From assembly GCA_964404705.1 (NCBI GenBank), contig CAYOLE010000001.1:1-62234 (forward strand): a stretch of DNA of 62,234 nucleotides, given 5' to 3'. The notes beneath the pieces are model-generated. The model did not search any database, was not told where the DNA came from, and worked only from the letters and a program-made list of their open reading frames with translations. The translations under genes and the position numbers were made by a program. This stretch comes from an uncultured Rhodohalobacter sp. Lineage in GTDB: Bacteria; Bacteroidota; Rhodothermia; Balneolales; Balneolaceae. Positions 20,047 to 30,012 of the stretch are shown piece by piece (positions within the stretch are counted from its first letter, which is position 1; every line of letters starts with the position of its first letter).

Positions 20047-21294
20047 ATGGGCCAATCGGAAGCCGATACACAGCAGCATCTATCGATATTTAATAAAGCC
20101 TACGACTTCACCAAAGCTGATGAAGTAAAAAAAATGGGTCTTTACCCATATTTTAAACCTCTGCAAGCTACGGATGGTACAACCGTTCAAATTGAAGGCC
20201 GCGAAGTAATTATGGCCGGGTCGAATAATTATCTTGGTCTTACCAATGATCCAAGAACTGTAGAAGCAGCCCAAAAAGTCTTATCAGTTTATGGAACCGG
20301 TTGTACAGGATCCCGCTATCTGAACGGCACACTGGATTTGCATCTTGAGCTTGAAGACAAGCTCGCAACATTTATGGATAAGGAATCCTGTGTATTATTC
20401 AGTACAGGTTATCAGACAAACGAAGGGTCAATTCAGACTATAGCAGGTAGAAACGATATAATTTTTTCCGACCGGGATAATCATGCCTGTATTGTAGTTG
20501 GCACGCAAGCTTCCAATGCAAAAACTGTTCGTTTTCATCACAGTGATATGGAAAATTTGCGCATGCATCTCGAAAAATCAGATCCGGAAGCCGGCAAGAT
20601 TATCGTAACAGACGGTGTTTTCTCTATGTCTGGAGTTATTGCAAACATTCCGGAACTTGTTTCTCTTGCGAAAGAGTATAATGCCGGATTATATGTGGAT
20701 GATGCCCATGCAATAGGTGTGATTGGAGACGGTGGACGCGGATCGGCGTCTGTGTTCGATTTAACCAGTGAGGTTGACCTGATTAGCGGGACGTTCTCCA
20801 AATCTTTTGCTTCACTGGGAGGATTTATCGTTGGAAATAGAGAAATCATTGAATATATACGCCATCATTCGCCTGCGCATATTTTCAGTGCGAGTATGCC
20901 GCCTGCAAATGTAGCGACAGTACTCAAATCTCTCGAAATTTTGCAAGAGGAACCATGGAGATTGGAAAGGCTTGAGGTAATATCAAATTACATGAGGAAG
21001 GAACTCCGCAATCTTGGGTTTAATGTATGGTCGAGCCAGACGCCCATAATACCTGTTGTGATTGGCGATATCTTCGATTGCTTTAAGTTTTGGAAAGAGC
21101 TTTTTGAGGAAGGTGTTTACTCTAATGCTGTAGTGCCCCCTGCTGTGCCGAAAAATCAGTCATTGTTAAGAACCAGCTATATGGCAACTCATACAGACGA
21201 ACAGCTGGATAAAATATTAAGCGCATTTCAAAAGGTGGGAATCCGCCGCGGCATCATAGATAAAAATGGACGTTCATTGATCAAACAGACTTAA
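20047..21294 (+). CDS. spt: PLP-dependent alpha-oxoamine synthase, most likely serine palmitoyltransferase
   Basis: LYPYF N-terminus, GSNNYLGL, GTGCTGSRYLNGT, DDAHA and GTFSKS (PLP lysine); adjacent to a bCerS-like GNAT. Confidence 0.85.
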   Translation: MGQSEADTQQHLSIFNKAYDFTKADEVKKMGLYPYFKPLQATDGTTVQIEGREVIMAGSNNYLGLTNDPRTVEAAQKVLSVYGTGCTGSRYLNGTLDLHLELEDKLATFMDKESCVLFSTGYQTNEGSIQTIAGRNDIIFSDRDNHACIVVGTQASNAKTVRFHHSDMENLRMHLEKSDPEAGKIIVTDGVFSMSGVIANIPELVSLAKEYNAGLYVDDAHAIGVIGDGGRGSASVFDLTSEVDLISGTFSKSFASLGGFIVGNREIIEYIRHHSPAHIFSASMPPANVATVLKSLEILQEEPWRLERLEVISNYMRKELRNLGFNVWSSQTPIIPVVIGDIFDCFKFWKELFEEGVYSNAVVPPAVPKNQSLLRTSYMATHTDEQLDKILSAFQKVGIRRGIIDKNGRSLIKQT

Positions 21295-21296
21295 AG

Positions 21297-22436
21297 GTGA
21301 ATAAAAAAGCAAGTACAGATGCTATTTCTGTTGTTGATTCGAAAGAGGATAAGTTAAAGTTTTTAGAATTTCCCTATCGGCATTATTCAGAAGATCAGTA
21401 TTGGGTACCACCTCTTAAGGTTGAGCAAAAAAAACTAATCGACACTAAAAAAAATCCGTTTTTCAATAATGCCGATATAGAATTTTTCCTTGCCTATCGC
21501 AATGATAAACTTGTTGGTAGAATAGCTGCCATTATAGATCACCGATATAATGAATATCATAACTCCAAGACAGGTTTTTTTGGGTTTTTTGAATGCATAA
21601 ACCGGGAACAAACAGCTGCTTTAATGTTCAAGGTGGTTGAGGATTGGCTCAGTTCCCGGGGAATTGAGCAGATACTTGGTCCGACAAATCCCGGAATGAT
21701 GGATGAGATCGGAATTCTTGTAAAAGGATTTGCCAAGTATCCATCAATTTTGATGCCTTATCATAAAGAATATTACGATCCACTTCTAAAATCAGTTGGT
21801 CTTAAAAAGGCGATGGACCTATACACGTATGAGGTAAATCAGGATAATGTGGATCGTGAGCGGATGAACAGAGCTGTTGAAATTGTATCAAAACGTTTGC
21901 CTGGCATAAAAATTCGGAAAATAAGACTCAACAGAATTAAAGAAGAGATTTTAATTATCCAAGAGATTTTTAATGCAGCATGGAAAAACAACTGGGGTTT
22001 TATTCCTCTGAGCACTGAAGAGTTTGATTATCTTGCCAAAGACTTAAAAAAAATTGTTGATGCTAATTTTGCACATATTGCAGAAATAGACGACCGGCCG
22101 GTGGCGTTTTCTGTTGCCCTGCCTGATTACAACCAGATTTTCAGAAAAATGGACGGCACGCTATTCCCCACAGGGATTTTTAAAATTCTTTGGAATCGGC
22201 GAAAAATATCCCGGGTTCGTACAGCATTGATGGGAGTAATACCGGAATACCAGGGTAAGGGGATCGATGCATTGCTTCACCGAGAGTCCATAGAAAACGG
22301 ACGCAAATTCAATAAATATGCTTCTGAAATTGGGTGGATACTGGAAAGTAATGTTCAGATGAATCGAGTTGCTGAGAAAATCGGGGGAGAACACGATAAG
22401 ACCTACCGCATGTACACGAAGTCGCTGGTCAGTTAG
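21297..22436 (+). CDS. GNAT-fold acyltransferase, bacterial ceramide synthase (bCerS)-like
   Basis: WVPPL, KNPFF, VGRIAA, GFFGFFEC, NWGFIP, GVIPEYQGKG and WILESN motifs; starts 2 bp after the spt stop. Confidence 0.8.
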   Translation: MNKKASTDAISVVDSKEDKLKFLEFPYRHYSEDQYWVPPLKVEQKKLIDTKKNPFFNNADIEFFLAYRNDKLVGRIAAIIDHRYNEYHNSKTGFFGFFECINREQTAALMFKVVEDWLSSRGIEQILGPTNPGMMDEIGILVKGFAKYPSILMPYHKEYYDPLLKSVGLKKAMDLYTYEVNQDNVDRERMNRAVEIVSKRLPGIKIRKIRLNRIKEEILIIQEIFNAAWKNNWGFIPLSTEEFDYLAKDLKKIVDANFAHIAEIDDRPVAFSVALPDYNQIFRKMDGTLFPTGIFKILWNRRKISRVRTALMGVIPEYQGKGIDALLHRESIENGRKFNKYASEIGWILESNVQMNRVAEKIGGEHDKTYRMYTKSLVS

Positions 22437-22514
22437 CACTTGTAATTTTTCTGATTGAGTGGTAAAAATCGTATATTCCGGCCCTTACAATAACCAGAAT
22501 AAACTTGCGAGCAG

Positions 22515-23906
22515 ATGAGTGAATATCGTGTAGAGAAAGATTCAATGGGTGAGGTAAAGGTTCCAAAAAAAGCATATTACGGCGCACAAACTCAACGTGC
22601 ATTTAATAATTTTCCCGTCAGCAATCTTACATTCAGCCGTGAATTCATATCAGCGTTAGGCCGTGTAAAATCAGTAGCCGCAAAAGTGAATACTGATCTC
22701 GAATTGCTTGATGAAGAAATTGCAAAATCAGTTCAACAGGCAGCTAAAGAGGTTATGGAAGGAAAGTTCGACCATGATTTTGTCGTGGATATTTTCCAGA
22801 CTGGTTCAGGCACGTCTACAAACATGAACGCCAATGAAATTCTTGCAAAGCGTGCCAACGAACTTTACGAGGGATCAAACGGCCCTATTCACCCAAATGA
22901 TCATGTGAATTTTGGCCAGAGTTCAAACGATGTTATACCCACATCGATTCGTGTAGCTGCGGTGATTGCCTGCCACGAAGAGCTGATACCGGCTTTAAAA
23001 CATTTGCAATCAACATTATCCAATAAAGGTGATAAGCTGAAACACGTTGTGAAAACCGGACGCACACACCTAATGGATGCCATGCCCGTAACTATCCAGC
23101 AGGAATTTAGCGGATATGCACGCCAGATTGAGCTTGGAATAGACCGGCTGGAATCTGCTTTAGTTCGGATGAAGGAATTGCCCCAGGGTGGTACCGCGGT
23201 AGGTACAGGAATAAATACAGATTCAAGATTTGGAAATTTGTTTGCCAGGGAGTTGTCGGAACAAACCGGGATCGAATTCAAAGAGGCATTAAATCATTTT
23301 GAAGCTCAGGCTACAGTTGATGCTCCCGTTGAGCTCAGTGGACAGCTCAAAACAATTGCGGTCAGCCTGATGAAAATAGGTAATGACTTCAGATGGATGA
23401 ATTCAGGACCTAACAGCGGAATCGGAGAAATTCAGCTGGAGGCACTTCAGCCGGGATCGTCGATTATGCCAGGAAAAGTAAATCCAGTTATCGAAGAATC
23501 ACTCACCATGGTGGCGGCACAGGTTATAGGTAATGATGCCACAATAACTATAGCCGGTCAATCGGGTAATTTTGAATTGAATGTAATGCTTCCTGTTGTG
23601 GCACATAATTTAATCGAATCGATTCGCATTTTGGCAAATGCCGCAGTAAATTTTGCCGATCGGTCTGTAAAAGGATTTACTGCCAGAGAAGAGCGGATCA
23701 AAAAAATGGTTGGCAAAAATCCTGTCTTGGTTACTGCTTTGAACCCACTTATTGGGTACGATAAAGCCGCCAAAATTGCTAAGAAAGCATTTGCTGAAAA
23801 CCGCTCAGTGATGGATGTGGCAAAAGAGATGACAGATTTAAGCGAAGAAGAGTTAAGCAATGCCCTTGATCCATTAAATATGACAAAAGGGGGCTTTATG
23901 GAATAG
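22515..23906 (+). CDS. fumC: Class II fumarate hydratase
   Basis: FQTGSGTSTNMNANE, KTGRTHLMDA and GSSIMPGKVNP signature. Confidence 0.96.
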   Translation: MSEYRVEKDSMGEVKVPKKAYYGAQTQRAFNNFPVSNLTFSREFISALGRVKSVAAKVNTDLELLDEEIAKSVQQAAKEVMEGKFDHDFVVDIFQTGSGTSTNMNANEILAKRANELYEGSNGPIHPNDHVNFGQSSNDVIPTSIRVAAVIACHEELIPALKHLQSTLSNKGDKLKHVVKTGRTHLMDAMPVTIQQEFSGYARQIELGIDRLESALVRMKELPQGGTAVGTGINTDSRFGNLFARELSEQTGIEFKEALNHFEAQATVDAPVELSGQLKTIAVSLMKIGNDFRWMNSGPNSGIGEIQLEALQPGSSIMPGKVNPVIEESLTMVAAQVIGNDATITIAGQSGNFELNVMLPVVAHNLIESIRILANAAVNFADRSVKGFTAREERIKKMVGKNPVLVTALNPLIGYDKAAKIAKKAFAENRSVMDVAKEMTDLSEEELSNALDPLNMTKGGFME

Positions 23907-24025
23907 AAAAGCGGTTTTATTAGAAAATCTCTTTGGTTTATCTCGGGGAAGATCTTATTATTCCGCGGCTGAAAATTGTGTGGTAATGACTGAATTAACT
24001 CTTGTCTTAACAATCAAATGGCATA

Positions 24026-26440
24026 ATGACGAAAACGAAAGACAAAACGAAAAGTAAATACTCAAAGAAACAGGTTAGTGATATTCTTAATGATTACAAT
24101 ATCGCCTGTTTAAGTCGTCAGATGTCAATTCTTGGAAGAAAAGAAGTACTTACAGGCAAGGCTAAATTTGGGATTTTCGGGGATGGAAAAGAACTCCCGC
24201 AATTAGCAATGGCAAAATATTTTCAAGAGGGGGATTTTCGTGCCGGGTACTACCGCGATCAAACTTTTATGATGGCAATTGATGGCATTACTATTGAACA
24301 GTTTTTCTCGCAGCTTTATGCCAATCCGGATGTAACCAGAGATCCAAATTCTGCCGGGCGACAAATGAATGCACACTTCGCCACTCGTCTTTTAAATGAT
24401 GATGGAACCTGGAAATCTCAAACCAAAATGAAAAATACGGCCGCTGATTTATCGCCTACAGCCGGCCAGATGCCAAAATTGCTGGGCCTTGCACAGGCAT
24501 CAAAAGTATATCGGGATAATGAGCTGCTGCACGACAGAACCAATTTTTCTATTGATGGTAACGAAGTTGCATGGGGCACAATAGGAGATGCAAGTACTTC
24601 GGAAGGTCATTTTTGGGAAACTATGAACGCGGCCGGCGTATTGCAGATTCCATTGGTGGTTTCAGTGTGGGATGATGGTTATGGTATTTCGGTCTCCAAA
24701 AAATATCAAACCATAAAAGAAAGTATTTCAAAAGCTCTCAGAGGGTTTAAGCGCACGAAAAATCAGCCCGGATTTGAAATTATTACCGTGAAAGCCTGGG
24801 ATTATGAAGCACTCCATGATGCATATAAAAAAGCATCCACTATCGCCCGCGAAGAATACTCGCCCGTCCTTGTTCATGTCACGGAGGTTACCCAGCCACA
24901 AGGTCATTCTACTTCGGGATCTCATGAACGTTATAAAAGTGAGGATCGATTGCAGTGGGAAAAGGAACGATGCTGCAATCGTCAATTCCGGTCATGGATT
25001 ATAGCTGAAGAGATCGCCACAGAAGAAGAGCTTAAAGCAATTGAAGAAAAAGCCGTTGATGAGGTGAAGCAGTATCAGAAGAAGGCGTGGAAAGAATTTC
25101 AGCAGCCAATACTGGATCAGAAAGAAAAGCTTAACGAATACCTTGAAAGTCTGATTGATACACATGACGATATAGCACGCCTGGAAGAGCTTAAAAAAGA
25201 ACTGAAAAGAAAATCTCGTCCATACCGAAGAGATATTGTCTCGACAGGAAGAAAGATATTATCTGTCTTACGAGAGGAACAATCAGATGAAATTGAAAAT
25301 TTTAAATCCTGGCTTGCAAATCTTAAAGAAGAAAATAAGGAGTTGTTTAATTCACATCTTTTGAGTGAATCCGCGTTTTCTCCCCTTTTGATAGATGAAA
25401 CGGAGCCTGTCTATTCGGATACTTCCAGAAAGGTGGATGGCCGTGTTGTGTTGCGGAATAATTTTGATGCCCTGTTTGCAAAATATCCCGAAACGCTTGT
25501 ATTTGGAGAAGATGCCGGACAGCTTGGCGATGTAAATCTTGGTCTTGAAGGTATGCAGGAAAAATATGGCAAAACCAGGGTGTCTGATACAGGCATACGA
25601 GAAGCCACAATTTTAGGGCAGGGAATGGGGATGGCGCTTCGAGGACTGCGTCCAATTGCAGAAATTCAATATTTAGATTATTTGCTGTATTGTTTCCAGG
25701 GACTGAGCGATGATTTAGCTACGCTTCGATATCGCACAAAAGGTGGACAGGCTGCACCGGTAATTGTTCGTACAAGAGGGCACAGACTCGAAGGGATCTG
25801 GCATGCCGGCTCACCTATGGGTATGATAGTGAATGGCATACGTGGAATGCATGTGTGTGTTCCCAGCAACCTGACAGATGCGGCCGGATTTTATAACACT
25901 CTCCTACAGGGTGATGATCCCGCCTTGGTGATCGAGCCATTGAATGCCTATCGCCTGAAAGAAAAACTTCCCGAGAATCTTGGTGAGTTTACGGTTCCCC
26001 TTGGAATCCCCAAAATTGTCCGGGAAGGTGAGGATATAACCGTCGTTTCTTATGGCTCTACTTTAAATTTGGTTCATTCTGTTTTACCGGAACTTGAAGA
26101 TATGGGTATATCGGTTGAATTGATAGATGTACGAACGCTATTACCGTTCGACAGAGAGCAAATGATTCTTGAGTCCCTGAAGAAAACAAACCGCATCCTG
26201 TTTGTTGACGAAGATGTACCTGGAGGTGCCACAGCTTATATGAGGCAAAAAGTAATTGGTGAGCAGAAAGGCTTTTACCATCTGGATTCCGAAGCAAAAT
26301 GTCTTACCGCAATGGATCACCGAACAGCTTTTGCAAGTGATGGAGATTACTTTACCAAACCCAATGCAGAAGATATCTTCGAAGCAGTCTATGGTATTAT
26401 GAGCGAAAGTAATCCACAAAAATGGATGCCGATTGGATAG
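24026..26440 (+). CDS. 2-oxoacid (likely branched-chain) dehydrogenase E1, fused alpha and beta subunits
   Basis: GYYRDQ, GDASTSEG TPP motif, GHSTSGSH, FGED, DTGIREATI and AEIQY motifs. Confidence 0.93.
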   Translation: MTKTKDKTKSKYSKKQVSDILNDYNIACLSRQMSILGRKEVLTGKAKFGIFGDGKELPQLAMAKYFQEGDFRAGYYRDQTFMMAIDGITIEQFFSQLYANPDVTRDPNSAGRQMNAHFATRLLNDDGTWKSQTKMKNTAADLSPTAGQMPKLLGLAQASKVYRDNELLHDRTNFSIDGNEVAWGTIGDASTSEGHFWETMNAAGVLQIPLVVSVWDDGYGISVSKKYQTIKESISKALRGFKRTKNQPGFEIITVKAWDYEALHDAYKKASTIAREEYSPVLVHVTEVTQPQGHSTSGSHERYKSEDRLQWEKERCCNRQFRSWIIAEEIATEEELKAIEEKAVDEVKQYQKKAWKEFQQPILDQKEKLNEYLESLIDTHDDIARLEELKKELKRKSRPYRRDIVSTGRKILSVLREEQSDEIENFKSWLANLKEENKELFNSHLLSESAFSPLLIDETEPVYSDTSRKVDGRVVLRNNFDALFAKYPETLVFGEDAGQLGDVNLGLEGMQEKYGKTRVSDTGIREATILGQGMGMALRGLRPIAEIQYLDYLLYCFQGLSDDLATLRYRTKGGQAAPVIVRTRGHRLEGIWHAGSPMGMIVNGIRGMHVCVPSNLTDAAGFYNTLLQGDDPALVIEPLNAYRLKEKLPENLGEFTVPLGIPKIVREGEDITVVSYGSTLNLVHSVLPELEDMGISVELIDVRTLLPFDREQMILESLKKTNRILFVDEDVPGGATAYMRQKVIGEQKGFYHLDSEAKCLTAMDHRTAFASDGDYFTKPNAEDIFEAVYGIMSESNPQKWMPIG

Positions 26441-26549
26441 AGATAAAGATTCAGGTAATCACACTTTTTCCCTTTCCATTACATATCCCATTTGCACCAT
26501 AGAGCCGTAGCCGCTACGAAAAAAATTCATTCAGAGGTGCAAAGACTTT

Positions 26550-27455
26550 TTAAAGAATTATCCAATCGGCAAATATGAAGATCCAGATCAGCGGAAGGTA
26601 TGCAAATGATGAGAACATAACCCCTTTTGCCGTAGTGATATTCCGTGAGACAGCGAATCTGATCCCATAGTAAAGAAACCCTAAGGTAGTTAACAATGCT
26701 CCTGCAAGGTAGATCCAGCTCACCAGATCCATCACAAAAAGTTTGTAAACAGTTGGAATAAGAATCAACATTGGAAGCACCACCCAGATAGAGGCCTTTA
26801 TTCCATGCGGGTCGTTTTTGGGAAGCATCTTAAAGCCGGCGTGTTCATAATCTTTTCTGCATACCCAGGCGATGGCAATGACGTGCGGTACCTGCCAGCA
26901 AAATACAATTCCAAACAGAATCCACATGCCATGCTCAAATACAGTTCCTGTAGCTGCCGCCCAGCCACCAACTACGGGAAGTGCTCCCGGTATTGCCCCT
27001 ACAAAAACATTCAAAGCGGAGATCCGTTTAAGTGGCGTATACGCAAACAGGTAGATAATTGTGGTAGCTAAAGAAACAATCCCGGCCACAATATTTACCA
27101 TGGTAAGCAGGTAGGCCAGGCCGGAAAAAATCAAAACAGAAGAAAAAATCAGGCTATTGCGGGTTGTAATCCTGGAATCGGGTAACGGCCGCTTGCTGGT
27201 CCGCTGCATTAAGCCGTCGAGCCCCCGCTCTAAAAACATATTGTGGGCAGATGTACCCGCGGCGATCAGGTAAGTTCCAAGAAGTGCGTGAAACATCAGC
27301 ACATGGTTGAGGGAGCCGGCAGTGCCCATAATGAAACCAATCAGCATGCTGGCAACTACACTTAAAGTAATTCCCGGTTTCGTGAGCTCATAATAATCCC
27401 CGACTACGCCAATAAGCTGCTGAAATGAAACTGATTTTACGCCTGTATTGCTCAT
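26550..27455 (-). CDS. ctaB: Protoheme IX farnesyltransferase (heme O synthase)
   Basis: LTKP, MQRTSKRPLP, YTPLKR, GAIPGALP and WQVPH motifs. Confidence 0.95.
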   Translation of the reverse strand: MSNTGVKSVSFQQLIGVVGDYYELTKPGITLSVVASMLIGFIMGTAGSLNHVLMFHALLGTYLIAAGTSAHNMFLERGLDGLMQRTSKRPLPDSRITTRNSLIFSSVLIFSGLAYLLTMVNIVAGIVSLATTIIYLFAYTPLKRISALNVFVGAIPGALPVVGGWAAATGTVFEHGMWILFGIVFCWQVPHVIAIAWVCRKDYEHAGFKMLPKNDPHGIKASIWVVLPMLILIPTVYKLFVMDLVSWIYLAGALLTTLGFLYYGIRFAVSRNITTAKGVMFSSFAYLPLIWIFIFADWIIL

Positions 27456-27641
27456 GAATATACTTAATAATGACAGCCTTAAATTTACTCTTTTTTAAGC
27501 TGAAATGTTACCTTAATATCCACTTCAAAATTTTGCTGTATAATATTACCTGCTTTTTAAATCAGAATGTGTACTTCTAATTATTTATTGAACCCGGAGT
27601 AGTGAACAGCCTTGAATTTGCCTCTTTATTGTGAATCCTGA

Positions 27642-28571
27642 ATGAAACTAAACACCTATCAAAAAACAGCTGTAACTACCGTAATTGCAACACTGGTATT
27701 GATCCTTATTGGGGGGCTTGTTCGTGCCGCAGGGGCGGGGCTTGGCTGTCCCGACTGGCCTCAGTGTTTTGGAATGTGGATTCCCCCCACAAGCGCAGCT
27801 GAGCTTCCTCCTGAATATGATGCCTCGCTGTTCAACCCTGTACACACCTGGCTTGAATATGTAAACCGTCTTGTTGGGGTGCTGATCGGATTTCTGATAA
27901 CTCTCACGTTTATATTTTCTTTCAGATACCGAACATCGGATCCTGTTATCACGATCTCATCCGGAGTTGCGTTTCTACTTGTTTTGGTGCAGGGATGGCT
28001 GGGCGGACAGGTAGTGCGTTCGGGACTGAGTGCAGGAATGATTACCATTCATATGGTTCTGGCGATGGTTATCGTGAACACGCTGCTGTTCGCGTCTTTC
28101 AGGGCAATGAGCGGACGTCTGGCAATCCGATTGAAACCGGAAAATAAAAAGCGGCTGTTGATTATTTCCGGAGCTATACTATTTGTTACATTGATTCAGC
28201 TTGTGCTGGGAACACAAGTTCGCGAAGTGATTGATGTAGCCAAAAATGTTCTGGAACTACCACGGGAGAGATGGCTTGACACCACAGGACTTCTGTATGA
28301 AGTACATCGAAGCTTTTCGTGGCTGGTGATTATTTTGAGTGGATACTTGCTGTATGAAAACAGAAGACTTCAGGCTCCCCGGAAACTGGTCACTGTTGGC
28401 TACTTTATTTTTGCCCTCATTGTGTTGCAGATGTTTATCGGATTTGGCATGGAACAACTAAATATACCCGGTATTTTACAATTACTGCACCTGGTTAGTG
28501 TTGCCCTATTAATCTGCACAGAATTTCTATATATGCTAATTGCCGGTTTTTCACAAACGAAAGGAAAATGA
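27642..28571 (+). CDS. ctaA: Heme A synthase (COX15/CtaA)
   Basis: GLGCPDWPQC, EYVNRL, QGWLGG and conserved His residues; 8 TM helices. Confidence 0.9.
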   Translation: MKLNTYQKTAVTTVIATLVLILIGGLVRAAGAGLGCPDWPQCFGMWIPPTSAAELPPEYDASLFNPVHTWLEYVNRLVGVLIGFLITLTFIFSFRYRTSDPVITISSGVAFLLVLVQGWLGGQVVRSGLSAGMITIHMVLAMVIVNTLLFASFRAMSGRLAIRLKPENKKRLLIISGAILFVTLIQLVLGTQVREVIDVAKNVLELPRERWLDTTGLLYEVHRSFSWLVIILSGYLLYENRRLQAPRKLVTVGYFIFALIVLQMFIGFGMEQLNIPGILQLLHLVSVALLICTEFLYMLIAGFSQTKGK

Positions 28572-28616
28572 AGTAAATCTCTTAAAACCTGGATTTGCAG
28601 CCGTTGAGATATGACT

Positions 28617-28949
28617 TTATAACTTTTCTAACAATTTATTTAGAAACAAGTTAACTTCTCTCAGATCTTTTTTCAGATCCACAGGAACAGATGTGTCATT
28701 TTTCTTTTGATTTTCGGAAATACCCTCTTCCACAATTTTTTTTGCACCGGCTGTGCTGTATTTTTTTGTCTGAATAAGTTCTTTCAAACGCAGAATAAAA
28801 GTTATATCCTCTTCCCGGTAGGTACGATTTCCGGCTTTATTTTTGCGCGGGGTCAGATCTTTAAATATCGTTTCCCAGTAGCGTAATACATGTGGTTCGA
28901 TTGCTGTGATCTCACTAACTTCACCAATTGAGTAATAGAGTTTCTTCAT
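28617..28949 (-). CDS. MerR family transcriptional regulator
   Basis: KLYYSIGEVS...HVLRYWE...GNRTY; start set at ATG 28949. Confidence 0.9.
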   Translation of the reverse strand: MKKLYYSIGEVSEITAIEPHVLRYWETIFKDLTPRKNKAGNRTYREEDITFILRLKELIQTKKYSTAGAKKIVEEGISENQKKNDTSVPVDLKKDLREVNLFLNKLLEKL

Positions 28950-29037
28950 AGCATTGAAATCAGTTATTTTCTGAGCGTCTTTAAAACACAATAGAATGAA
29001 AATATTCTAAAGAATATGCAAATCAATATGCAAATCA

Positions 29038-30012
29038 TTGAGTAAACATAATACAGATAAAGAACATAAATCTTCAGGTAAAACTCCGGATATTAGCGTG
29101 GTGATTCCTCTTTTCAATGAGGATGAATCGTTGAACGAATTGGTGTGTAACATAAAAAAGGCCCTTCCAGATTTTGTTTATGAGATTCTGTTAATCGACG
29201 ATGGTTCTAAAGATCGTTCCTGGAAAGTAATTGAGGAATTGACAGAAATGCACAACGAGGTAAAAGGAATTAAACTACGTCGTAATTATGGCAAAAGTTC
29301 AGCGCTTCAGGCTGGATTTGAGAGGGTTACAGGCAAATATGTGGTGACAATGGATGCTGATTTGCAGGATGATCCATTTGAAATTCCAGCAATGGTAGAA
29401 AAACTGAAAGCAGGAGCCGATCTCGTGAGCGGATGGAAAAAAAAGCGTCACGATCCGATATCAAAAACCGTACCGTCGCGATTTTTCAATACCGTTACCC
29501 GTTGGACAACCGGCATCAAACTTCATGATTTTAACTGTGGTTTAAAAGCATACCGGAAGGAAGTAATCAAACATATTCACCTCTATGGAGAACTTCATCG
29601 TTATGTGCCGCTGCTCGCGAAGTGGCAGGGATTTGATAAAATTGCAGAACAAGAGGTTCGACATCATTCACGAAAATACGGCAAAACCAAATTCGGTCTG
29701 TCACGCTTTATGAATGGATTTTTGGATCTGATAACACTGCTTTTTGTAAACCGTTACATGCAGAGACCGATGCACTTTTTTGGAACAATCGGTGTATTAC
29801 TTACTGTAGCTGGTGTGATTATAAATACGTATATCGCTGCTCTTAAGATATTTTATAATCAACCGATTGGAGACAGGCCGCTTTTGTTCCTTGGCATTCT
29901 ACTTGTTGTGATTGGAGTACAGTTCTTTTCAATCGGGTTCCTGGGCGAAATGGTAAACAAAACCAGGGTTCACAAATATATGCCCGGTATCGAGAAAAAA
30001 ATTGGGTTATGA
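29038..30012 (+). CDS. GT2 polyprenyl-phosphate glycosyltransferase (ArnC/GtrB-like)
   Basis: VIPLFNE, DDGS, RNYGKS, MDADLQDDP, DFNCGLKAY and two C-terminal TM helices. Confidence 0.92.
   Translation: MSKHNTDKEHKSSGKTPDISVVIPLFNEDESLNELVCNIKKALPDFVYEILLIDDGSKDRSWKVIEELTEMHNEVKGIKLRRNYGKSSALQAGFERVTGKYVVTMDADLQDDPFEIPAMVEKLKAGADLVSGWKKKRHDPISKTVPSRFFNTVTRWTTGIKLHDFNCGLKAYRKEVIKHIHLYGELHRYVPLLAKWQGFDKIAEQEVRHHSRKYGKTKFGLSRFMNGFLDLITLLFVNRYMQRPMHFFGTIGVLLTVAGVIINTYIAALKIFYNQPIGDRPLLFLGILLVVIGVQFFSIGFLGEMVNKTRVHKYMPGIEKKIGL

Noticed and set aside
20047-21294. Calling the PLP enzyme BioF or Kbl
   Set aside because: No bio or tdh neighbours; the YPYF N-terminus, GTFSKS motif and adjacent bCerS-like gene favour Spt, although a sulfonolipid synthase is not excluded.
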